Source: a virus
Lineage: Duplodnaviria; Caudoviricetes
Length of the DNA stretch: 29,270 nt
Reading direction: 5' to 3' (one strand)
Virus record (IMG/VR): IMGVR_UViG_3300033067_002027
Location: 1-29,270 of that record
Position numbers and translations under genes: made by a program. The notes beneath the pieces are model-generated. The model saw only the letters and a list, made by a program, of their open reading frames with translations. It had not been told where the DNA came from and did no database searches. Shown here one piece after another: positions 1 to 7,706 of the stretch; the stretch's first letter is position 1, and the number at the start of each line of letters is the position of its first letter.

Positions 1-31
1 GGGCGTCCCAGTCAATTAGTGTCGGTGTCAT
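1..31 (-). CDS. 5' end of a gene running off the window edge (MTPTLIDWDA...)
   Basis: ATG at 31 on the minus strand preceded by GGAG; continues the leftward operon; only 10 codons visible. Confidence 0.35.
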   Translation of the reverse strand, partial: MTPTLIDWDA

Positions 32-68
32 GCTCTCCAGTGCGACCAATTGGTCGCGTTAATGCCGC

Positions 69-353
69 TTAACGCAATATGGATTTCTCAAGCAATACCC
101 ACTCGTTGTTAACAAAGGCGACGTTCCATTCGTTGTACAGCCAAAGGATTGCCTTGTTAATGTCTTTGCGTGGGTGAACTGTTTGCCACAGCGCAACAAG
201 TTCGGCGACCCAATGCGGCATTGTCTTGTGCTGTTCGAGCAAAATAACCCCAAGTGGATTCATTACTCCATAGCCTTCTAATGGGCTGCCGTATGCATTG
301 CAGTGCTTGGGGCGGGCGATTTCGCCGGGCATTACCTTTGGTTGGCTCTCCAT
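69..353 (-). CDS. hypothetical protein (94 aa)
   Basis: GGAG RBS upstream; packed 6 nt after the previous gene in the leftward operon. Confidence 0.6.
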   Translation of the reverse strand: MESQPKVMPGEIARPKHCNAYGSPLEGYGVMNPLGVILLEQHKTMPHWVAELVALWQTVHPRKDINKAILWLYNEWNVAFVNNEWVLLEKSILR

Positions 354-359
354 GTTTTG

Positions 360-716
360 TTAATCTCCCTTTTCGTAAGTAGCTTGCTTTGCTTCCCAGT
401 CAGATCGGCTTATACCGTTGTGATAGCGATACCCGCCATCCTCGCAAATCCAATCCCAAAACTTCTCTACGCCAAACTGATTCACTGCGGTTTCAATGAA
501 TGCCAGCACTGTGCCGTTGTTTCGGGCTTCGTGCATCCCGCTACTCGTAAACCCTGTTTCGCCGTGCAGTTGAGCAAGGATGCCGCGAATGTCAAAGTCA
601 TATTCGGCATTGCCTCGCTTGGCATCAAACCACCAAACAAGGAAGCCATCGTCCCCACGGCGATGTCGGATTTCTACGCCTGCAATTGTCCCTACCAATG
701 CTTTGCGTCTAGCCAT
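360..716 (-). CDS. hypothetical protein (118 aa)
   Basis: GGAG RBS; tight operon packing. Confidence 0.65.
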   Translation of the reverse strand: MARRKALVGTIAGVEIRHRRGDDGFLVWWFDAKRGNAEYDFDIRGILAQLHGETGFTSSGMHEARNNGTVLAFIETAVNQFGVEKFWDWICEDGGYRYHNGISRSDWEAKQATYEKGD

Positions 717-722
717 GTTGCG

Positions 723-1160
723 TTAATCTCCGTTAACAGAAGCGCTTTGCGGCGCGGCCAACTGCGCAAAGCCGCGCTCTTTCCCTTCCGGCATCTCATA
801 TGCCACTTCAAACAATCCCAGCTTCCCCTTCATCACCAGCATCGGCAGCTCGCGCGGCTTGGCCAACTCAAACCCGAAGCGACCCACAAACCATGGCGAT
901 GGCGACTGGTCCACACAGCCGATCATGTCGACGACACCGATAATTGCGCCGTAGGGCACTTGGCTGGGCCTGAGCGTGAACTCAAGGCCAATGCGCCGGC
1001 ACAACTCAATCGCTGGCCACCACTCGGCGGCACGCTTGGTGCTCGATGCGTGGATGAGCAAGGGGCCGCGATAGGACGATGCCCAGTTGCGGTTTTCGAT
1101 GTCCTTGCCGTGGTGGATGATGAGACTCGCCCATGGTTGGCGAATGGAGATGCATTTCAT
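723..1160 (-). CDS. ASCH domain-containing protein
   Basis: Typical ASCH motifs ISIRQPWASLIIHHGKDIENRNW, YRGPLLIHAS, GAIIG, KGKLGLF. Confidence 0.92.
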   Translation of the reverse strand: MKCISIRQPWASLIIHHGKDIENRNWASSYRGPLLIHASSTKRAAEWWPAIELCRRIGLEFTLRPSQVPYGAIIGVVDMIGCVDQSPSPWFVGRFGFELAKPRELPMLVMKGKLGLFEVAYEMPEGKERGFAQLAAPQSASVNGD

Positions 1161-1501
1161 TGGGCGCTGGTCTCCTTCCCCTCAGTAGTTGCCTCTTTGC
1201 CGAACTTCTCCTCGTGCAATTTCTTAGAGACTTCATATGCGCCAGATGGATATGCATTCATAACTTCACGTATTTCCCTTTCTACTCTCGGGCTTACCTC
1301 GTGCCCAGCTCTAGCCCTGCTAAACAGAGATTCGCTGAAGCTAAAAAATACCCTTACATCTGTCGATGTCATTCCGTTTGCACTAAGCCACATATCTATT
1401 GCGTCGCTTAGTGGAATTGGTATGCACTCCCGTGTAAAGAACTCATGAGGAGATAGCTCGACCATGATGGAACCGATGCGAGACGTGCCAATAACTCTCA
1501 T
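1157..1501 (-). CDS. hypothetical protein, possible XRE-like HTH
   Basis: ATGA overlap with the ASCH gene; segment GMTSTDVRVFFSFSESLFSRARAG resembles an HTH; visibly more AT-rich than neighbours. Confidence 0.55.
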   Translation of the reverse strand: MRVIGTSRIGSIMVELSPHEFFTRECIPIPLSDAIDMWLSANGMTSTDVRVFFSFSESLFSRARAGHEVSPRVEREIREVMNAYPSGAYEVSKKLHEEKFGKEATTEGKETSAQ

Positions 1502-1504
1502 GTA

Positions 1505-2587
1505 TCACTTCCCCGCCGCGGCCACGCGCCCATCTCGACGCTGCTCGCGGTCCTCAATCATGTTTTGCACATAGCGCGATCCGGCACCAGTCAACACACG
1601 CCCACCCTGCACGATGTTGATGTAGCCCAGCTTCAGCAGCCATGCCTCGATCTCATCGATGACCTCGGATCGCTCAAGGTCATACAGCGTGGCGATCACC
1701 GTATTCAGCCCAAGCGGCTTGCCACCAGTGCTGGTCGTGGCCTTGTTGGTGTAGAGCACCTCCATGTAGCGCTCATCGTTTAACGATAGGCCATTGGTGC
1801 TGGTGATGCCGCGCTCCTTGGCGATGCGCTTGACGCAGGCCTCAAGATTGCCGTCCCCACTCCACCCCGACTCGTCGAAGGCGTCGCGCAGATACATGAG
1901 CGCTTGCCGCGGGATGGCCCGGCTCACACCCCCGATGAGCGTGGCCACATCCTGCCCAACCATTGGCGCTGCGCGCAGGACCATCTCGGCCACCTCACTG
2001 ACCGAGTAGCTCTGCAGGCGGATCTCGGTGCACCGCGATCTAAATGCGTCACCGAGCTCAGTCACGTGGGTGGTAGCCAGCACCATGCACAGAGAGTGCG
2101 TGAGCATCACGCGCTTGCCTTCTGGGTGGTTGATCACAACGCGGCGCTGCTTTGGCTCGAGGGCGGCCAGCAATGCATTCTGGAGGTCCTCAGAGACCTG
2201 CTGCGCCTCGTCGATGAACATCATGATGGATGGCACGGCGAAGACCGGAAGGCCGCCTTTGTCATTGCCTTGGCGGCTGAAGGCCATGTCGGATGCGTTG
2301 GCCGCGGTCTCCAGCATGGCGAACATTTGCTCGCGGGTCTTGATGGTCTTGCCGTCGATCTCGACGAATGGGAAACCGAGCACTGAGGCCATGCGGCTGG
2401 CCAAGGTGGTCTTGCCGGTGCTCGGTGGACCGGCCAGGAGGATGGTCTCGCCGAGAGTCGGCGGGGTCTGAGCCAGGGCCGTGGCGAGCTTGCGCTTCAG
2501 CATATTGATGGCCAACCCCTGCCCTACTAGGTCGGCGAAGGCCTCATTGACCTTGCGCCGGATGTCGTCGGTGATAGTTACGAACAT
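1505..2587 (-). CDS. ruvB: RuvB-like AAA+ ATPase (Holliday junction branch-migration motor homolog); ORF extends to GTG at 2665, start uncertain
   Basis: FADLVGQ; Walker A GPPSTGKTTLA; Walker B FIDEAQ; sensor LATT; arginine finger FRSR; SRAIPR (cf. RuvB SRGTPR); C-terminal winged helix GLS..D..Y, PLGLNT, EAWLLKLGYI..QGGRVLT, colinear with RuvB. Confidence 0.85.
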   Translation of the reverse strand: MFVTITDDIRRKVNEAFADLVGQGLAINMLKRKLATALAQTPPTLGETILLAGPPSTGKTTLASRMASVLGFPFVEIDGKTIKTREQMFAMLETAANASDMAFSRQGNDKGGLPVFAVPSIMMFIDEAQQVSEDLQNALLAALEPKQRRVVINHPEGKRVMLTHSLCMVLATTHVTELGDAFRSRCTEIRLQSYSVSEVAEMVLRAAPMVGQDVATLIGGVSRAIPRQALMYLRDAFDESGWSGDGNLEACVKRIAKERGITSTNGLSLNDERYMEVLYTNKATTSTGGKPLGLNTVIATLYDLERSEVIDEIEAWLLKLGYINIVQGGRVLTGAGSRYVQNMIEDREQRRDGRVAAAGK

Positions 2588-2615
2588 AGTTATGTGAAAG
2601 ATTTGGGATAAATTT

Positions 2616-2667
2616 GGGTGAACTCGGAGTTGACTCCGGGTACCCTCGGGGTACTCCGAGTTCACCC
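2616..2667. repeat. nested inverted repeat with 15-bp perfect arms
   Basis: GGGTGAACTCGGAGT (2616-2630) and ACTCCGAGTTCACCC (2653-2667); internal hairpins CGGAGT-TG-ACTCCG and GTACCC-TCG-GGGTAC. Confidence 0.9.
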
Positions 2668-2676
2668 CTTCTCTTT

Positions 2677-2730
2677 CTTTACAGCTTTACGGCTTTACAG
2701 CTTTACAACTATCTTTACCTGTAAAGCTGT
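2677..2730. repeat. 8-bp tandem direct repeat array (CTTTACAG) with an inverted copy
   Basis: CTTTACAG, CTTTACGG, CTTTACAG, CTTTACAA (2677-2708), CTTTACCT (2713-2720), inverted GTAAAGCTGT (2721-2730). Confidence 0.9.
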
Positions 2731-2741
2731 TTGGCCGTTTT

Positions 2742-3647
2742 TTAGCCTCGTATAGTGGCGGCGGGTGAGGGCGATTTATCCCCCAACTCCTCGCACTCCC
2801 CTGTCGTCTGATTCACCCAGCGCCATGCGCAGGTCGGCCCCTCCCCCCTCTTGGTGGCGAGTGGCCACCCACCCTTGCCCCGCTCAGCGGCCAAGCGCTG
2901 CATGGCGGCGGTGATGTCGCTGGTGCCGGTGATAAGACGACCGGGTCCGGCTGGGCCGAGCGCACGCAAGATGTTGGCAGTGGTTGGGTCGTAATAACGC
3001 ACCCGCGCAAAGATCATCTGGGCCAGCTCATTGATGCGGTCTTGGGTGTTTGCCCATGCCGCGCTCTTGGCTGTTGCCTTGCGTTCTTTGGTCACCCATT
3101 TCGGCTCGACGAGCACCGGGTCAGACTCGGTGGGCAATGATTCATAGTGCTCGGGCAACGCTTCACCGTCGCCGGCGGGCAGCAGCGGCCGCCATTGCGG
3201 CTGCGCGAGCTGAGCTGGGGCTTGGTTGCCCGATTGGCCAACCCCAAAGAGATCTCGATTGGTTGCGCCTTTGCCCGCGCTATTGATGACCATTGGCTTC
3301 GGCGGCATGATGTTGGCGACTGGGGTCTGCGGTTTTGGCGGTGCGAGCAAGGCCGCGCGGCTCAGGTTGACCTCGGCACGACTGGTGACCTCGTCGTAGT
3401 CGCCGCTGGCCTTCAGATGCCGCTCGTTGCGCGAGATCGCCTGATCCTTATCAATCAGTGCCAGAGCAAAGCCAGTGACCACGCCGGCAAACAGCGCAGC
3501 CAATAGCCAAGGGATTGCGTGCGCCATGTCTTCTGCCGCAAGCCCCCATGACAAGAATAGGCAGCATGCGCCAAAGCCAACGATGCCAATGCCGATGGAT
3601 GACCAAGCGGCTTGAATTGGGGATACATGGTTGTTTTTGTTTTCCAT
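2742..3647 (-). CDS. membrane protein: 2 N-terminal TM helices, Pro-rich linker, possible C-terminal winged-helix-like domain
   Basis: Two hydrophobic helices at about aa 12-65; basic helical C-terminal domain; start abuts the stop of the upstream gene. Confidence 0.7.
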   Translation of the reverse strand: MENKNNHVSPIQAAWSSIGIGIVGFGACCLFLSWGLAAEDMAHAIPWLLAALFAGVVTGFALALIDKDQAISRNERHLKASGDYDEVTSRAEVNLSRAALLAPPKPQTPVANIMPPKPMVINSAGKGATNRDLFGVGQSGNQAPAQLAQPQWRPLLPAGDGEALPEHYESLPTESDPVLVEPKWVTKERKATAKSAAWANTQDRINELAQMIFARVRYYDPTTANILRALGPAGPGRLITGTSDITAAMQRLAAERGKGGWPLATKRGEGPTCAWRWVNQTTGECEELGDKSPSPAATIRG

Positions 3648-4124
3648 TTATCGTCTTGGCCTATTGGGCAAAATGAAGACCTGCGGGCGAAACAGTAACG
3701 CCCACAGGGCAAACCCGACTGCAAGGATCACGAATCCGGCAATGACATAGATCGCCGTGCGATCTTCATGCTGCTCTGCCTTGGTTGGTGTAGGCGTCGG
3801 TCCAAACACTCGATTCACCGCAGTGGCAATGTAGTTCACTACGGTTGGGACTGGTGTCGATGTCATCGTTGGCTGCGCTGTCGGTGTGCTCGTTGGAATT
3901 GGTGACGGTGTCTCTGTTGGTGTCACAGTTGGCACCGGTGTGCGCGTCGGCACTGGTGTGGCTGTCGGCGCATCAATCCGCCTGCGCAGCTCATCGGCAC
4001 GTGCTTGGGCCTTTGCTACCTCGGCAGTGGCCGCGAGCTCGCCGGGCGTGTATGTCTGTGCACACACCTGCCCGGCAAACGCCACACACACGGTCAAGGA
4101 ACACACCACAGCGCTGAATCTCAT
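3648..4124 (-). CDS. secreted Pro/Thr-rich protein with C-terminal membrane anchor
   Basis: Start reassigned to ATG 4124 (MRFSAVV...VCA signal peptide); PTATPVPTRTP repeats; C-terminal TM followed by a basic tail. Confidence 0.75.
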   Translation of the reverse strand: MRFSAVVCSLTVCVAFAGQVCAQTYTPGELAATAEVAKAQARADELRRRIDAPTATPVPTRTPVPTVTPTETPSPIPTSTPTAQPTMTSTPVPTVVNYIATAVNRVFGPTPTPTKAEQHEDRTAIYVIAGFVILAVGFALWALLFRPQVFILPNRPRR

Positions 4125-4134
4125 AGTGAAGCCT

Positions 4135-4635
4135 TTACTCGCGCGGACCCGGCAACCGCAATGCATCGCGGCGTTGGTTGTGCTCGTACCACTGACGGCC
4201 CAGATCATCATAGAAGATGCCTGGGCCAATCTGGGGCTGCTGAAACCGCGAGCTGATCTGTGCCATCGCAACCAGATACGAATTGCGCATGCTGTAGGCG
4301 ATAAGCCCAAACACGCCCAAGGCTAAGCCTAGCACCACGGCCACTACCCCAACCACCGCCACAATGGCGGCCAGATCACCTCTGCCGGCGTTATTGGCCA
4401 CCTGCAGGGCCGTATTGGCGATATTCAGCGCGGTGCTCGCTTTGTCGTCGGCGCGATCGGCAACGATGCGCGCCTGCGAGGCCTCAGCCATTGCCGCGCT
4501 CGACTGCACCGCTGCTGAGTTGGCCGTCTCGGCAGCCGCGGCCACCTTGCTGCCGGTATCTGAGAATGTGACGATGCTGACAATGATTGCCAGCAGTGCC
4601 ACAGCGGCGGTGATCCAACCAAGAATGCTTTTCAT
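4135..4635 (-). CDS. two-TM membrane protein with Ala-rich coiled-coil (alanine-zipper-like) loop
   Basis: AGGAGG RBS; TM at both ends flanking an Ala-rich helix. Confidence 0.75.
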   Translation of the reverse strand: MKSILGWITAAVALLAIIVSIVTFSDTGSKVAAAAETANSAAVQSSAAMAEASQARIVADRADDKASTALNIANTALQVANNAGRGDLAAIVAVVGVVAVVLGLALGVFGLIAYSMRNSYLVAMAQISSRFQQPQIGPGIFYDDLGRQWYEHNQRRDALRLPGPRE

Positions 4636-4643
4636 CAAACCTC

Positions 4644-4916
4644 CTATTCATCTAGGGCATCAAACCCTGTGCTCAAATTCACTTTGCTGCGGCTGACTGT
4701 TGGCTGTGCCGCTGGCATTGTCGGCGTGGCTGCGACTGGTGCCGATGGCTGAATCGCCTCATAGTGTGTGTGGGCCTGCTTCCCCCGCTTCCACACTCGC
4801 AGTGCCTCAATCACAGTCGCGGCCACCTTGGATGGCTCTATGCCATCGAGAATTGCGATCACATCAGCGTGGTATCGCGGCTTGAGCGTGAGCTTGATGT
4901 GCTTCACTTTGGCCAT
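4644..4916 (-). CDS. putative ParR-like DNA-binding adaptor
   Basis: Small protein directly downstream of the ParM-like gene; strand-helix-helix N-terminus (HIKLTL...ADVIAILD...VAATVIEALR), disordered tail, amphipathic end (GFDALDE). Confidence 0.6.
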   Translation of the reverse strand: MAKVKHIKLTLKPRYHADVIAILDGIEPSKVAATVIEALRVWKRGKQAHTHYEAIQPSAPVAATPTMPAAQPTVSRSKVNLSTGFDALDE

Positions 4917-4920
4917 GCAC

Positions 4921-5901
4921 TCACGCCCCTTGTGCGTTATCCCACTTCACCATCCCGCGTACCACGGCTCGCACCGGGTCGTCGGCAATCGTCACGCGAT
5001 CGCGATTCCGATCGCCGCCAGGGAAGATGCGACGCAGCTCGGGCAAGGCCTTCTGCGCGCCGCCCCCGGCCACAACCACTTGATCCACGCGCTCGCACTC
5101 ATCGCCGATCACGCGCTTGATCTCGGCCCGGATGCGGCTATGCCAATTGCTCATTGCCGGGGCTAGCACATCATTGGTGATCTTGCCGCGACGCAGATCG
5201 GCATCAATGGCGGGGATCGCGCGAACGCCACGATATTTGCTGTCGTTGACCATCGACAGTAAGAAGCGCATACCAATCTTGGCACCGCTGGCCAAGCGCG
5301 GCTGGGGTTGGCCATCTTCGAAGCCCATGATCTCAACCGTGTTGCTACCCACCGAGACGGTGACGATCAGGCCATCGCTCTCGCGGCGCTGCTGGCCATC
5401 GTTGCCGAGCGTGTGGTCGAAGTAGATTGACTGAGCCTGGCTAAGCGCTTTCACGCCGGTGATGTTGAGCACGCGCTTGACGCGTCCGCTCTCCCACTCA
5501 TGCTCTTTGATCATCCAAGCCTTCATGTCGGCGATGCGTGCCTTGGCATCGGGCAAGGTCACGAGGCCGAGCGGCAATGCCACGACGACCGAGGCGCGCC
5601 CGATCACATTGCCTTGGGTCATCGCCGCGTAGAACAGCGCACGGACCTCCGGGGCGGCATCGGTGATGCGCTCATAGTCGGTCGAATCTTCGAGGTGGCC
5701 AGTGTGGTCGGTTGCACCAAGGCCCACGAGGAACTTGCCGAAGCCATTATTGATGGCCATGCACTTCGAAGCGGCCATGCCTAGAAGCGCAAAGTCTGCC
5801 TCGCGCGCCGATCGCACCACGTGGCTGACGATCTCGCCGGCAGCGCCCTCATCGGTGGCGTACTTGAATGCGCCGTATCCTGCATCGATATAAACCTTCA
5901 T
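4921..5901 (-). CDS. parM: ParM/StbA family actin-like ATPase
   Basis: Phosphate-1 motif IDAGYGAFK; VVVALP; SQAQS connect-1; phosphate-2-like SVGSNTVE; adenosine motif VVVAGGGA; C-terminal DDPVRAVVRG; GGAGG RBS. Confidence 0.88.
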   Translation of the reverse strand: MKVYIDAGYGAFKYATDEGAAGEIVSHVVRSAREADFALLGMAASKCMAINNGFGKFLVGLGATDHTGHLEDSTDYERITDAAPEVRALFYAAMTQGNVIGRASVVVALPLGLVTLPDAKARIADMKAWMIKEHEWESGRVKRVLNITGVKALSQAQSIYFDHTLGNDGQQRRESDGLIVTVSVGSNTVEIMGFEDGQPQPRLASGAKIGMRFLLSMVNDSKYRGVRAIPAIDADLRRGKITNDVLAPAMSNWHSRIRAEIKRVIGDECERVDQVVVAGGGAQKALPELRRIFPGGDRNRDRVTIADDPVRAVVRGMVKWDNAQGA

Positions 5902-5995
5902 CTGATCCTCCGTTTAGAATTCTGGTGGGCACTGGGTGGGAGATCCTCCGTGCCCAGTCCCAACGGCGGCGTGACGACAACACGCCGCCAGCTTC

Positions 5996-6289
5996 TTACG
6001 ATTGCGTTGCCGGTGCCGCCGGCTTGGTCGCCTCGCTCTCGGCCTCACTCTCAACCGCCACATCGTCCCAATCCTGCCCATACCACTCCAGCCACATCGT
6101 CCGCACATCCTCGATCTTGATGTGGCCCTTGCTGAGCGCGAGTTTGAAGTTGTTCAGTCGGATCGTGTAAAGCTCGGCATCGTGACGGCGGGCCGACACC
6201 ACTCGGCGCGGGGTCAGCACTTCCTCGCTGGGCAGTGGCAGCGCCGCCAGCGTGCGGTTGTGTTTGGCTTGTTGCTGCTTGGTGGTCAT
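5996..6289 (-). CDS. hypothetical protein (97 aa)
   Basis: ATGA overlap with the upstream gene; operon context. Confidence 0.65.
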   Translation of the reverse strand: MTTKQQQAKHNRTLAALPLPSEEVLTPRRVVSARRHDAELYTIRLNNFKLALSKGHIKIEDVRTMWLEWYGQDWDDVAVESEAESEATKPAAPATQS

Positions 6290-6540
6290 AGGTTCCTGAT
6301 CGCCTCCACGACCTCTGGCAGCTGATAGCGAAGATGTGCGCCTCTATTGGCATTGACCTCGACGAGCACCTTCTCGGCAGCCAGCCGCTGCAGGTGACGC
6401 CGCACGGCGCTGGTGCTCGGGATGCCAGTGATCGCGACAAGCTGCCGGATCGTCGGCATGCAGTAGTTGGCCTTCAGATAATCGTGGATGGCCGACATGA
6501 TCAGCTCGCGGCGGGTCGTGTCAGGGATGGTGGTGGTCAT
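6286..6540 (-). CDS. LexA-type winged-helix DNA-binding protein lacking a peptidase domain
   Basis: IHDYLKANYCMPTIRQLVAITGIPSTSAVRRHLQRL matches the LexA N-terminal DNA-binding pattern. Confidence 0.85.
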   Translation of the reverse strand: MTTTIPDTTRRELIMSAIHDYLKANYCMPTIRQLVAITGIPSTSAVRRHLQRLAAEKVLVEVNANRGAHLRYQLPEVVEAIRNL

Positions 6541-7706
6541 TCGTTCACCATGTCGAATGGGTCAAACCCAGCATCAATAAACGCCATGTGCTTCTTATCG
6601 ATCACACGCACGCTCAAGTGCGAGTTGCTGATGTTGATTCCCAGACCAAAGCGAGCAGACCAAGCGCGCATGATGCCGGCAAGGGCATTAAGCTCATCAG
6701 GCGACAGATCCTTCCCCATGCCCATCTCCCAGCGCTGCACGGCGTTGACCACAAACGGAAAGCGCTGACGATGCTCGCGCCAGTCGATGAAGGGAATGCC
6801 GCCAAAGCGTCTTCCAATGGACTGCACGCGCTGGGCAGTGTCTCTCACCTTCCATCCTACGAGCTTGGCGATATTGGGATATGGCAGCCCTATTCCCCGA
6901 GCCAACATCACAAACTCACGCTGGCCCGGCGAGAACTCGGTGAATGCGTTGCTGCCCTTGCCACGATTGAACACAAGATTGGCAGCCAGTACTTCTGAGC
7001 GCTTCAAAAACCAGCTTGACCAACCCGGTGTCGAATGCCGCCCACTGATATTGACCACCTGCATGCCAGACAGCTGGTGCATGATCGTAATCTTGCGCAG
7101 CACATCTTTTGGCGTTACACCGAAATACTCAGCGGCGCGCTTGGTGGTCCACCACTCATCGCCCCACCGTGCGGCACGCAGCGCGATTAATCGCTTGAGC
7201 TTCGGATCGGTGACACGCTCGGGCTTAAACAGAGGCCAGTTGTTTGGGTTGACAGCCCAGCGATACAGAGTGACACGCTCAACGAGCCGAATCTGGCGCG
7301 GACCTGGCATGAGTCGACCGGGCAACAGGCCAGTGTCAATCCAGTGACACACCGTATGGACCTCTGCACCAAGCGCACGGCCAACCCCCATGGCGGTAAG
7401 GTTCTGAGGGGCTTTGGTTAGCGTTGGCAGTCCAAGACGCTTGCGGCGCACTTTCACGGCGGTGGCTGTACGACCCAGCGCCTCAGCGATTTGCGTATCG
7501 TGCAATACGCCACAGTTGTTGCGGATGAACGCGATATCCTCGGCATTCCATTCGGGCGCACGACGCTTGCCAGCCGCACTAAACCCACCCAACGCTGCCA
7601 CACGCTTTGCGCCGGCTTTACCAGTGCGCTTGGCCACCACTGATGGCTTCACGCCAGATTCAAGATAGCTCTCGGCCAAAAGGTCGTCTAAATCAATGTT
7701 GCTCAT
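6537..7706 (-). CDS. multi-HTH DNA-binding protein
   Basis: Several HTH-like segments: DTQIAEALGRTATAVKVRR, LTAMGVGRALGAEVHTVCHWIDTG, WTTKRAAEYFGVTPKDV, YPNIAKLVG. Confidence 0.72.
   Translation of the reverse strand: MSNIDLDDLLAESYLESGVKPSVVAKRTGKAGAKRVAALGGFSAAGKRRAPEWNAEDIAFIRNNCGVLHDTQIAEALGRTATAVKVRRKRLGLPTLTKAPQNLTAMGVGRALGAEVHTVCHWIDTGLLPGRLMPGPRQIRLVERVTLYRWAVNPNNWPLFKPERVTDPKLKRLIALRAARWGDEWWTTKRAAEYFGVTPKDVLRKITIMHQLSGMQVVNISGRHSTPGWSSWFLKRSEVLAANLVFNRGKGSNAFTEFSPGQREFVMLARGIGLPYPNIAKLVGWKVRDTAQRVQSIGRRFGGIPFIDWREHRQRFPFVVNAVQRWEMGMGKDLSPDELNALAGIMRAWSARFGLGINISNSHLSVRVIDKKHMAFIDAGFDPFDMVNE

Noticed and set aside
303-1448. 381-aa plus-strand ORF
   Set aside because: Antisense shadow of the ASCH gene and neighbours; no recognisable motifs
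2616-2667. Palindrome as a protelomerase (telRL) site
   Set aside because: The centre is asymmetric and no protelomerase is visible in the window; cannot be supported
2677-2730. Repeat array as CRISPR
   Set aside because: Units are 8 bp with no spacers, and no cas genes are present
4125-4310. N-terminal extension of ORF 3648..4310
   Set aside because: Overlaps the 4135-4635 gene; the signal peptide begins at ATG 4124
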